Shown: positions 12,964 to 24,577 of the stretch, one piece after another | How the letters are laid out: every line of letters starts with the position of its first letter | How positions within the stretch are numbered: position 1 is the stretch's first letter | Source of the DNA: Octopus sinensis | Taxonomy: Eukaryota | Assembly: GCF_006345805.1 (NCBI RefSeq) | Contig: NC_043011.1 | Span: forward strand, 18,984,464 to 19,048,463 | Length of the DNA: 64,000 bases | Direction of reading: 5' to 3' | The notes under the pieces: model-generated | What the model saw: only the letters and a program-made list of their open reading frames with translations | Database searches by the model: none | Told to the model about the DNA's origin: nothing | Program-made: the position numbers and the translations under genes

Positions 12964-13770
12964 TGTAAAAGAATATTCTCTATAATTTCCAACAACTTCC
13001 CACCCACCCACAAATATAGAAGTATCTTCTCCAACAAAACTATTAGGATTTCCTACTCTACCCTGCCCAACATGAGCTGCCTCTTAGCTAAACACAACTA
13101 TATTAATATTAGAACAGCTAGATCAAGAGCAAACCATAGCGACCAAGAGAACCCCCCTCATCTAGACAGTAGGCATTATAACCAGACTGGCAACCATAAT
13201 ACCCAAGCAGTTAGTAATAACACCCGCCAACACAACAGAGGAAATACTACACCCATCAACAACCAGGAGGATACCAACGCCCCCACTCGTATTGCAACAC
13301 CTCCGCCTAGGATTAGCAGCACACGACCGAATAATGCAATGCAATGCAACTGCAGATGTGCATCAGAGTGCCCGCTGCAGGGCGCATGCAGGGCGAAAAA
13401 CGTAATAAAGTCATGTGAGGTGAGTACTCAATTTAACACACTCACCTATATTGGTTGCTCAACCTCCTGGAAATCCAGATACTACAACCACCGGTCCTCG
13501 CTGAGACATAGACATAAGGCTAACAGCACCTCCCTCTCTAAAAGAATTTGGGAATTAAAAGACAAATGCATAAGCTTCAAACTCAGATGGTCCATCATCG
13601 GATCAGCTGCGCCTTATTTAAATAATAGAGCAGGATGCCAACTATGCTGTGTAGAACTCCTGAACATCTTGAAATTCAAAGACAAACACAATCTTATTAA
13701 CAAAAGGTCACAGTTCAAACCATCCTGTATACATAAACTTATTAATACTTTCAAATACTACAATGCTTAG
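12964..13770 (+). pseudogene. Penelope-like element ORF C-terminus: end of RT thumb, linker and Cys-rich GIY-YIG endonuclease (Neptune-type architecture)
   Basis: Open frame starts right after (TA)n: KRIFSIISNNFPPTHKYRSIFSNKTIRISYSTLPNM...CNCRCASECPLQGAC...TYIGCSTSWKSRYYNH...TSLSKRIWELK...CQLCCVE...LINKRSQFKPSCIHK. These are characteristic PLE endonuclease motifs. Confidence 0.9.
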
Positions 13771-15430
13771 GTCTTATACCAACTCCCCCATGCTATTTCC
13801 TCCCACCCGGTGCAACCTGTCGGCTCCAGCACATCCCGCGTGTGTATGTGTGTGTGTGTGTGTGTGTGTGCGTGTGTATGTGCACATACGTGTATGTGTG
13901 TGTACATATACACATATATATATATATGTGGGCCACCTCCATCTCATGTTAAGCTTTACAAAATTATATTTTTACCTTATTTTTTTATTTTTATATTTTA
14001 TTTTTATTTTTATTTTTATTTTTATTTTTATTTTTATTTTTATTTTTATTTTCATTTTTATTTTTACTTTTATCCTACTTCCATTTATTTTTATTTTTAT
14101 TTTTATTTTTACTTTTATTTTTACGTTTATTCTACTGCCATTTACTCTCATTTTCATTTTCATCCCTTACCTTAACTCTTATAACCCTTATAATTCTTAT
14201 ATTTCATTTCTAACTATTACATTGTATTTCTTATTTTATACTGTATTTTTTATTTCTAATCTTTACCCTTACCCTCATTCTTACCCCTAATTTATCGCTT
14301 TACACCTCTATATATGTTTATTTACTTACCTATGGATCCGCTTTTTGAGTATCCGAGCGTCCGCGTACGTGTGTATGCGCATACATACATATGCGCGCGC
14401 GTATATGTACATGCATACTTCGATATCTTATGACTATACCCATGGGCGCGTGTGTCTCTGTGTGTGTATGTGAATATATATATGTGCACGCACATACGGA
14501 CACACAGCCGTGTGTGCGTGCGCGTATTAACATGAGTACGGGATTCTTTACATATGTTCTTATACACATCCTTTAATATCTTATACCTAGACCTAGAGAC
14601 GTGGGCATATACGTGTACGTATGTAGTGAGGGGCGCGCGTATATACATGTGAGCGTGTACGCGCGTAATGTCCGTCTATATATGCGGATATTCTGTTGTA
14701 TGTATGTGTGTGTGCGCGCGTGCGTGTGGGTGCGTGTGTGTTTATGTACGTGTTTACACGCGAGTGCGTGTGTTTGCTTATTGACTTGGAGACGTATATG
14801 TACGCGTGTATGTGGGTGTATGTACCCACGATGATATGTATGTACTGAAAGTCCATTTAATTCAAGGAACCAGATTAAACTCTCATCAGCTCTGATTTAC
14901 GACGAAACCGTTAATTTACTGACAGTTCTACAACTAAGTTTATCAATCTCCTGACCACCATGCTGGGTCCGCGACCTCTATACATCCCTTATCTTTACAT
15001 TCTTTTACACTTTTATCATGTTTTTATCAGGTTCTTTTACTTCTTTTACTATTATTTCCATTTCTATTTTTACTTTACAACATTATGCCTTTACATTTAT
15101 TTATATTTCTTTATATTTCTTTATACCCCCTTTACATCTCCTTACAACTCTTTATATCTTTATCCTCTACATTTTTATATTATTTTATATTATTTTATAT
15201 TTTTTATCCCTCGTCCCGAACTCTCGCCCCTCCATCTTCACCTCTATATACGTATTTATTTATTTACATTACCTCAACATCCAAGTTTCCTCATTCTACA
15301 TTGAGAGAGGAAAGAGATGGACGATTCAATTCGATGCTGCTGCCGCATTATGTCGTACGGGAACGAGAAGATTTGCATCCCCAACCAAGAATTTCGGAAG
15401 TAACACATGTCCTTGTGGAAGCTGTTGTGC

Positions 15431-15508
15431 GCGGCTGAAGAAGGCCACAGACATACATTATGATTTGTTATGAATCTGTCTAATAAAGGCCCGAAACATA
15501 TGTACCGC
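15431..15508 (+). ncRNA. Minimal type I hammerhead ribozyme
   Basis: GCGG-CTGAAGA-A-GGCC..(41 nt)..GGCC-C-GAAA-CATATG-TA-CCGC. Stem I GCGG/CCGC, intact core, palindromic stem III ACATATGT, GUA cleavage triplet. Confidence 0.78.
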
Positions 15509-15551
15509 TGAATCCTTCGCCTCATGTTTTTATTTTTATTTTTATTTTGAT

Positions 15552-15582
<31 letters not shown>

Positions 15583-15850
15583 GTGTGTGAGTGCGTGCGT
15601 CTGTTTACCTGTGTCTATTTACGATAGACACCAGAAAATAGTCCTTTTGTCATCAATTGTTGTCAACTTAAGCCCTCTCCTTAATCCTGCGTATTCGTCA
15701 CACTCACTTTTGTTTCCTTTCATGGTTGTTTTAAAAGTGACTAATTTGTATATACATATGTTTGTGTGCATTGCATTGTGTGTGTTCGTACGTGTGTGTG
15801 TGTGTGTGTGTATTTACGAAAGTATACATGCATCGTCGCGTGTATTACCT

Positions 15851-16091
15851 CGAAGTCGATTTCAGGCGTTATTCTCCCCTTTTTGACCTCACATATTTGA
15901 AACCTGATTATTTTTCTAATGAAACAAATCTCATATTTATAGCTCCAAATGTAGCTTAGGAAGGGACCAATCTACAAATATATAAACATCATCAAATTTG
16001 GTGAAAATGTAACTTAGTGACAAGACCTAGAAGTGGTCGTGGATGAGTAAATGTTGACCTTAAAAATATTATTCACACACTACCGTATGTG
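15851..16091 (+). repeat. Diverged ~240-bp repeat, copy 1
   Basis: Aligns by eye with 17221-17458 (gacctcacata...ttagtgacaa..cctagaa.tggtcg...ttgaccttaa.aata.tattcacacactaccgt). Confidence 0.7.
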
Positions 16092-16185
16092 AATGGTATT
16101 TTTGGCAATATAATGAATTTTATGAATATGAGGTAGATATATGCATGATATCTAAATACTGAATTGAATCAAACATTTTTCAATA

Positions 16186-16392
16186 TTAGTTTCGAATTTT
16201 GGCAGACGACACTCAAATTCGGAGAGGAGGGGATTTGATTACGTTGACGTTGATCTCAGTGCTCATCTGATTCTCAATTACTGAGTACCGAAATGATAAA
16301 AGGCAAAAACGACCATGGCAGAATTTGAACTCAGAATATAGAGACAGACGAAATGCTGCGAAGTTTTCACCACGCGTGTTAACGACTATCTA
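16186..16392 (-). mobile_element. tRNA-derived SINE family B, minus strand
   Basis: gaatttgaactcagaa...gacagacgaaat is the reverse complement of the family B core. Confidence 0.7.
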
Positions 16393-16407
16393 TGTCATCG
16401 TACTGTA

Positions 16408-16726
16408 TCTTTTTCGTTTCTCGCCCCTTTTCATGCCTAGCCAGGCTCATGGGCCCAGATTCCCGGTTTCTGTGGCGTACGTGTTCCCTCCAGGCTGGAC
16501 TGGACGCCAGTCCATCGAAGCGTTACTCAAGTAACAGGAAGAGAGAGTGAGAGAAAATTGTGGCGAAAGGGTACAGCAGGGGTCGCCACCACCCCATGCC
16601 GGAGTCACGTGGAGCATTTAGGTGCTTTCGATCAATAAACATACAAGACGCCCGGTCTGGGAATCGAAACTACCATCCTTCGACCACGAGTCCGCTGCCC
16701 TAACCACTCGGCCATTGCGCCTCCAC
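16408..16726 (-). mobile_element. tRNA-derived SINE family C with a V-domain-like central motif, flanked by a 14-bp TSD
   Basis: Minus-strand head ggaggcgcaatggccgagtggttagggcagcggactcg...tttcgattccc; central gatggactggcgtccagtccag; TSD gtcatcgtactgta (16394-16407) / gtcatcgtattgta (16727-16740). Confidence 0.85.
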
Positions 16727-17220
16727 GTCATCGTATTGTAATAAGTCATAATATAACTTATATAATAAGGTTTTCCATTTTGAATAGTTTTTTGAAAATA
16801 TTAGCTCCACGATACTCGTCTCGATGATTTCTTTTATATGAGTTAAACAAAGATAAAATATATACACAAATTCAAAATGTTGTGGTTTTGAATTTCCTTT
16901 TAGACGTTACCAATATTATCACTACATTTGGCTCCATTAGATTTTTTTAAAATGTTTTTATATATGTAATTAGCATCATGGGATTCCTGTAGTCGAGATC
17001 TATCAGAAAAGTTAAATTTAAATATAGTTTCCTTTCGAAAGAATAATAATATTTGGAGTCAAAATCGAGCGCAGGCGTTAATCTCCTTTTGTTTCCGTAG
17101 GTTTTTACCTCAGTACTGAATAGTTTTGCATTTAACTAACATGGATAAATTCCTCCCGCTGAGATCTATCATATAAGCTAAAATAAAATTTATATTTCTT
17201 TCAAAAAAATATTTAGACCC

Positions 17221-17458
17221 AAAGTCGATTTTAGGTATTACTCTCTCGTTTAGACCTCACATATGTTACTGAAACGTTTTTTCTCCTGAAGTAATTTTCG
17301 AATTTCGTAGCTGAAGATGTAGCTGGTGACGCGACCAATTTACAAATGTAAACAACATCTAATTTGGTTAACAACTGAGTTAGTGACAAAGCCTAGAATT
17401 GGTCGCGAGTGATTAAATCTTGACCTTAAGAATACTATTCACACACTACCGTGTGTGT
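17221..17458 (+). repeat. Diverged ~240-bp repeat, copy 2
   Basis: Aligns with 15851-16091; partial upstream sub-repeats (gagatctatca...) near 16995 and 17161. Confidence 0.7.
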
Positions 17459-19709
17459 ATGATGCACGACTGGAGGCATCTATATTTCAGTGAAGTATCT
17501 CTAAAGGTTGCATATGGTAGAACAGAATTTTCCATATGGGCGAATAATATGAATTATATTCGCTTCTTGTATCGTTTTGTATAATTTATCTCTACTATAC
17601 TGAATGAAATAACAATTCTTTTTTGTATTTTACCAAGATTAAATATACCTCGCCTGTACCCAGGTCGAACTAGGACGCTGAAACATTTGAAACATATGAT
17701 GAAATACACTAAATGTAATTTTACTCTCTTTAATTGATGTCATTAAATGACTATATGGTCTCTTCCAAGATCATAATTTTTAGATTTCGAAACATTCTCT
17801 GAAACCTCCAAAGATTCAACTCAGCAACAAATCTTCGACGAAAGTTATTACCAAAAGACAATATCGATCTCATTTTATGTAATATTGCATCTCACAGAAA
17901 ATCTACACAAACGGCATTTTCACGATACCAGATAAACGAAAAAATGAAGAAATGAGTGGCTGCCTATCACAAATTTTCTTTAATGGCAACTCTGAAAAAG
18001 CATATAGGAAATCTCAATAAGATATAAAAACATGAATGAAGATTTTCTTGAATATAAAATGTATGATAACTGCATATACCCATGATCCAACTTGATTCGT
18101 TTATTCCGTCACATCCAAATAATTTTTATGGTGTTAAACCACTTTTATTTCCTGGTTATAATATACGTCATTCGGCGTTCTATTTTTCTTATTCGTGTTA
18201 CAAATAACAAGATGGTTTGAGGGGTGATCGATGAACAATGATATAACTCGTAATTCATTACTGCTGAGTATAGCTTCATGTTTAGACGTAACTGAAAAAC
18301 TATAGATATCGCAGCGTAATTTGCGAGAAATATGCAAACAGACACAAAAAATGCAGGCGCATATTGCAAGTTTCTTTTCCGTTATACCTAGAGAAATATC
18401 ACCATTCCATCCGAAAAATATCATACCGAATGCACCTAATCGATAAATCTGAAGATTTCATAATAATAACGAGGTACTCGACAATGTTACTCCTACTCGA
18501 CAAAGTTACTCCTACTTCCTCTGTAGGTAATGAACTTATGTTTGAAATGTATAAGCGTTATACAAAATGCAATTAATGAGAATCATTAAAAAAAAGCTTC
18601 CCTGCACAGTAAAAAGAATTAACGTCGTATTCCAGTATCACAGAATATATGCAAACAATTTACTGGCGCATTGAAGAAACACAACCATTTAATTTTAATA
18701 TCATTAACGCATTTACAATGTGGCATTATAACTTATAAGAAATAGAGCTTCTATTCCAATGAAATTCCTAACTTTTGTACATGGTTAAGAGGTAAGGAAT
18801 ATAAGAAAACCTTCCGCGATCTGAATACCCTAGTAATAATCAAACATGCAATTTGTTCTGTATTCAGATGAAACTTTTAGGGATGTCTGTCCACGTGACT
18901 GGCACAAACAGATTAGATTTTGGGATCGATCCGATACTGAACAAGAATTCTGGATTATTTTCCCTGTTTCTTTTCTTGATTTTACTTAATTTGTGTGTGC
19001 GGTAGGGTTGATATTTAGTATTCTCGTTTGTGCGAGCAGTTGAGTTTATTTCAGATATTCTCATTTTAAAAATCATCTCTGACTAGCCTTTGAGAGCACG
19101 TTGGTGTTGCCTTGTCGGTGGTTTGCTCTCTTTAAGTGCTCTTGTTAATATTGTTGTTTCTGGTTTCATTATTTAACGCTAGTTTTTAAAAAAATGTACG
19201 GAAGATGCATTGTATAATGTCTAATATATATACAGTGATGTGGAAATGAGCACAGTTATTGAAGCCTAATCCATTGATATTCAACTTGAAATATGTTGTT
19301 CGAGATTAGTAAACATCACCAATTATTGATATTTAGGAATGACCATAAGAACATTAGTATGCGAAACAAATATCAACATATTAAATATTCTGAATATTAT
19401 GTTATGTTTTAATATAAAATTATGTTCCTATTAAACTTTTAATTGTCAGTTATCCTTCTATATAATGAATTCAAACCCGCCATACCTAGGTATCCCCCGG
19501 AAATTCATCCCAATGACCAGTCAATGCATATCATCTTTATATTCAGGATAAGACTACCGGCTTTACGTAATAATCGGGGATATTTTGCAGTCCTTCCTAA
19601 TATTCGTTTTACGCACGAAATATTGAACCCAAATCAGTTGGATGCTATCGAGCATAAAGAAGATCTAATAGCGCTTTATACATATGCTATCTATTTAGCT
19701 TAATCGTCA

Positions 19710-19767
<58 letters not shown>

Positions 19768-20833
19768 CTTGTGTTTCTTCCACTCAGGTACTAGGGAGTA
19801 CACAAAATTCTCCGAAAACGTTCCCTGTATTACAAGCCCGTTGTCATGCAGGTTTCTGTTGCGAAAAGACACTTGATGCAACCCACGGGTCACTAAATAT
19901 TGCATATATAAAGCAATATGTTACTGTTGTTAGTTACCCAGCGAATTGTGTATTATTCTTCTCTCTTATTGTGTCACACTGAAATAATTATAACTCACGT
20001 ACATCAATATATATAACAATATATCAATATGAAAATCATTTAAAAATATCATTGATACACGCAAATGACTATAATATTTTTTGCATGAACCAAATTACGT
20101 TTAGGGCTATTTAACACAATGTTTGAGATGCTTCTATATACTCTTTTCGAAAACAATAATACTATTATATTCATTAGGTATCGTTACACTATGCAGGGAG
20201 TTTGAAATTAGAAACAATCAATTGTAGAGAGGTGCATGTTATTGCGGAAAGATGACATTATTTGCATATTGTTGCATAGGAAAAAAACGAAAACATGCAG
20301 TTATAACCTGCAGCAATAGGCCCTTCAGCTTCCATTTGCGGTGTGTTTATCGTACGTGATATATTTAGATAATAACCAATAACACGAGATAGGTAATACA
20401 TAATATACTCACTAGATAAAAAAAAATGAACTTTTATATTCTATATTTCTGGAAGTCCTCAAGAGATTCCTACAGTAAAAATTATTTATATATCTTTTAT
20501 AAATTCACGGTGATTGTGTACCAACTCTTACATAAAATGCATTACCTGCACATGTTATGGCTTTGGGTGCACATCCTTCAGTCACATAATATTACTAGGA
20601 CAGACAAAAGGGTGACGACCAAGTAATCTCGGGGAGCTGGAGAAGACAAATTATCCTTTTTTCGGAGCGGATATACAAACACATTAACAAAATATTCAGA
20701 AAATACAAAAATGTTAATACATATCCAGTATCAATTTATCTTTACATATTTGCGAATATGTTTTACTGTAATTGATTGCAAGCGAGAGAAGGAAGAAAAC
20801 ATGATTTCTATGTTTACTCATAAATTTTAAATA

Positions 20834-21398
20834 TTTCGTTGTCCGGAAAGTACGTACTGATTTATAGTAGCTTACATTTCCACTTATTTTAGAACATGGT
20901 TGAGTCCATATAATAGGATTTGACTACGCCTCCATTTAGAGCACTGTTTAAGCTATCTTTTCGGGGAAGAAGGTTTATGTTCCTATAATCTGTGTTAATT
21001 CTGTAACCCTTTAAAAGGGAAGATAAGAAAGTTCATTTTCGGCATGCGATGCTTTGGGAACCAGACAAAAATTGCTGCAGCTCGGCTGGGATGTGTTACC
21101 CTACCCTCCATATTCACCAGATATTGGTCCTTCGGATTTCCACTTATTCGGATCTCTGCAGAATAGTCTTAATGGTAAACATCTCAATTCCTTGAATGAC
21201 CTAAAACGATACCTTGACGAATTCTTTGCCGTGAAACCACCTAAATTCTGGGAAGAGGGTACTTTGGTGTTAAAGGAAATATGGAGAGGCATTTTGCAAC
21301 AAAATGTCTCATATTTGGTTGATTGAAATGTAGTGGCAAGTATTTATTGACCTTTTCCTTTCCTTTAGAAATGAGCACGAACTTTCCGGACAAACTAA
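20834..21398 (+). mobile_element. Internally deleted mariner (D,D34D) transposon
   Basis: TIRs ttgtccggaaagt.cgt / gcacgaactttccggacaa with TA at both ends; ORF 21054..21326 has LGWDVLPYPPYSPDIGPSDFHLF (YSPDLAPSD motif). Confidence 0.9.
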
Positions 21399-22629
21399 TA
21401 GGTTCCTTTTGCACAATACAGAAAATATTCGAAATTTGCATGTCGAATATAATTTCCTAATCCATTTTGGAACCAGTGTCCGAATGTTTATATTTACATA
21501 TATATATTGATTTATTTCATTATTCTAAATAGTCAGACAAAGTTTTTTATTTGAAAATTAGCTGTAAGTTTATTGCTGAAAAGATTAATTGTCTAATTAT
21601 TTCTGCTGCTGCATCTCAATGCACTTAAGAATAAATTGAAAAAAATAATATAATATATTTACTACTTACAATGTGCTAAATAAGTTAATAAATTTGCTAC
21701 ATATGTTTGCTTCACTAAGAACGATTCAACTTCCTTTGTTGAATCATTTTTAATCAATACATTGCGCTTATGTCAATATATTGTGGACAATATTATATTT
21801 TCTAATTGAGGAGAATGCAAATCATTAATATATTTTTCCAAAATCTATTCTCGACTATATTTTTCATCTTCTTCTGAAGTATCAAATATTCCTTTCAATT
21901 ACATATGTTTCAAAACTTTACAGATATTCTACTTACTTTTATTAGCATTTAATCTATTGCCAAAATCCAATATATCTTCTGAAAATTAATAAAATGGAAA
22001 TGTATATAGCCCAAAGTTACAACGTAATTAATTTCTATTTTTAAAAATTTTGATAATGTCGTAGAGAAATTGGAAATCTTATGTTTTATATTACAAGGAA
22101 TTTTCATCCCTAATTACAAGTTATATTTTCTAAACTGAGTAGCAATTTTCACCTTTTAATGAGTGTCATCTTTTTCTATTAAAAATAAAATTAAATAGCA
22201 TTAATAGACAAAGAATTTCAAGATGGTTTTTCTTCTTTGCTTTTTGTCTTTTTGTATACAAATTCAATTTAAATTTAGAGGGGAAATACATTGGCAAATG
22301 AATTGAGAATTTGAATTTCAAGAGATTCTATTTTAGATTTTTGTTTTAGCATTGAAAAATACATTTAATGAAATAGAAATGCATTCTTAGAATATACAAA
22401 GGGAAATCCATGTGTATATTTATCGCATGTTAAAGATCTGTATTTTTTTAAACTTTCCCTATTTTTATATTCATGCATGCAGTTTATATTGTCAAATTTA
22501 ATACATATTTTCAAGCACTCACAAAACTAATCATAGTACAATAGTACATCGCATATATATATGTTTGTGTGTGTGCGCTCGCGCGTATGTGTATACATAT
22601 ATATATATATATGTATGTATATATATGTG

Positions 22630-22662
<33 letters not shown>

Positions 22663-22740
22663 ATACAGAAACACACACACATATATATATAGATACAGTG
22701 CAAATTTAAACACATAAAAGATGGACACGATCGGACATAA

Positions 22741-22802
22741 AAACCACTAGAAGAAGTAGTTAAAATCCAATTTTGGATTTTAACTAATCCTTCTAGCGGT
22801 TT
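22741..22802. repeat. Imperfect hairpin, ~30-bp arms
   Basis: aaaccactagaagaagtagttaaaatccaa-tt-ttggattttaactaatccttctagcggttt; 3 mismatches. Confidence 0.85.
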
Positions 22803-23134
22803 ATGGCCATCTCATATTTGTTTAAATGTACACTGTATATATAATGAAAAATATATAGTCTATTGATTAGTTTTTTCTAGACGCTAGGCCACAGTGGTAA
22901 AAAAATTGCTAAATAATAGTTTACTACCCTGAAATTTATTAATATACATAAATATATATATATTCAATTTTGCCTTTTTTTATTTCTTATTTTAAATCGA
23001 TTATATTTCCGAATACATAAAAAATGACAATTATTTAATACATTATTTCCACACATTGTTTATATTAGAAGGAAATGAGCACTTGTATACTTACTGTTCT
23101 ATATTTAAGAGATGTGCAATTATGTTCAATTTTT

Positions 23135-23273
23135 ACATTATTTAAATTTGACGGATATTTGTCCTCATCTTCTTTGCTGTTAACACAACGTTTCGGCTGA
23201 TGCCCTCTAGCATTCATCAGGTGTATTCGTGAAATTCTGAGCCTAGGTTCTCTTTCCTAAGGTATTTTCGATG

Positions 23274-23336
<63 letters not shown>

Positions 23337-23372
23337 TAACCGCCTGTAATTGAACTCGGAATTTTGGGGTTA
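23135..23372 (-). mobile_element. SINE family D (tRNA-like head, (AAT)n, hammerhead-bearing tail), minus copy with 5'-truncated head
   Basis: Minus strand reads taaccccaaaattccgagttcaattacagg..acctgaa-(aat)n-aacatcgaaaataccttagg...acacctgatgaatgctagagggcatcagccgaaacgttgtgt...gaggacaaatatccgtcaaat. Confidence 0.8.
23183..23224 (-). ncRNA. Minimal type I hammerhead motif in the SINE D tail (stem II eroded)
   Basis: ACAC-CTGATGA-ATGCTAGAGGGCATCAGCC-GAAA-CG-TT-GTGT. Stem I ACAC/GTGT, intact core, palindromic ACGT stem III, GUU triplet. Confidence 0.55.
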
Positions 23373-23424
23373 AGTGCTCTGGCTACTAACCCCAAGATTC
23401 CGAGTTCGATATTCCAAACAGTGA

Positions 23425-23430
<6 letters not shown>
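23368..23430 (+). mobile_element. SINE family D head, plus copy (head-to-head with the minus copy)
   Basis: ggttaag...ggctactaaccccaagattccgagttcgatattcc...gtgacctgaa followed by (taa)n; inverted repeat of 23331-23372. Confidence 0.8.
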
Positions 23431-23456
<26 letters not shown>

Positions 23457-23511
23457 TAATAATAATAATAATAATAAATAATAATAATAATAATAATAAT
23501 AATAATTACGA

Positions 23512-23603
23512 AGAGCGCCAGCCTTGACAGCGGCTGGACGTGTTCCTCACTGCTCTGACAGTTCGGTGGCCGAAAGCCATAGAAACACTAATATGGGCCA
23601 GTT
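23512..23603 (+). ncRNA. Candidate HDV-like self-cleaving ribozyme at the element 5' end
   Basis: P1 AGAGCG/TGCTCT, P2 GGCTGGAC/GGCCAGTT, P3 GTG/CAC around TTCCT, P4 hairpin 23561-23586 and C in CTAA occur in HDV order. L3 is short and J4/2 is long. Confidence 0.5.
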
Positions 23604-23670
23604 TAGCAACGGGGAAAAATAACTCTCAAAGACTGGTACATCTACAATACCTCGTGAGTATTTGAAATTC

Positions 23671-24577
23671 TCTTCAAAGTGGGTTAAGAAATATACAAAT
23701 TTACATATCTGCAGCTTTTAAACATACATCCGATCGGCTTTAAAAACTTTAATACCCACAACTGCCTCTGTAAGCACCCTTTTTTTTTCTTCTCTCTAAA
23801 AACATCACGCTTTTCTTTTTGTGGACTTGCAAAACCCTAAAACTTTCTATGAAAATCTGACTTTTCTTTGCTTCCTCCCAGAATATTCAAATATAAATGT
23901 AAACATATACTTTTTATTGCAAAAACACACCTGTTCTTCTAACTGGACATACAAACATCTCTAGAGGGGTCAACTTCAACTTCCACAATATTACCTCGCA
24001 CGAAATATACAAACACTTTTTATTGCAATAACACAAACGCACATGGAAAAAATAATGATGCTAAGATTCTCTCTGGTCGAACACAGCTTCTCTATTCACA
24101 AATAATACAGAACAGCCCTTCAAAGTAAGTTAAGAAAATTTACAAATTTACATATCTACAGCTTTCAATCATACATTTGACCAGCTTTAAAAACTTTGAT
24201 ACCCACAATTGCCTCTGTAAACATCCTTTTTTTTCTCTCTCTAAAAACATCACGCTTTTCTTTTTGTGGACTTACAAAACCCTAAAACTTTCTATGAAAA
24301 TCTGGCTTTTCTTTGCTTCCTCCCTGAATATTCAAATATAAATGTAAACATATACATTTTATTGTAAAAACACACCTGTTCTTCTAACTGGACATACAAA
24401 CATCTCTAGAAAAGTCAACTTCAACCTCCACAATACTACCTTACAGGAAATATACAAACACTTTTTATTGCAATAACACAAACGCACATGGAAAAAAACA
24501 AAAAAAAATGATGATGCTAAGATTCTCTCTGGTCGAACACAACTTCTCTATTCACAAACAATACAGAACAGCCCTTC
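23671..24577 (+). repeat. Tandem duplication, 2 x ~450 bp
   Basis: 23671-24121 and 24122-24577 are near-identical (catatct.cagcttt at 23704 and 24151; both end acagaacagcccttc). Confidence 0.95.

Larger units (their letters stand above)
12964..15560 (+). mobile_element. 5'-truncated Penelope-like retroelement with a long low-complexity 3' UTR, embedded in (TA)n
   Basis: The ORF above, then pyrimidine-rich tracts and a terminal hammerhead at 15431-15508; (TA)n on both sides (12880-12963 and ~15562-15578). The 3' boundary is inferred. Confidence 0.7.

Noticed and set aside
14850-14895. Minus-strand CTGATGAG as a hammerhead core (also the CTGATGA near 43555-43570)
   Set aside because: No properly placed stem II-GAAA-stem III-UH-stem I arrangement could be built.
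16650-16726. Functional tRNA genes at SINE heads (also 38161, 55807 and 23368)
   Set aside because: A/B boxes are present, but no complete cloverleaf can be folded and each continues into SINE body sequence.
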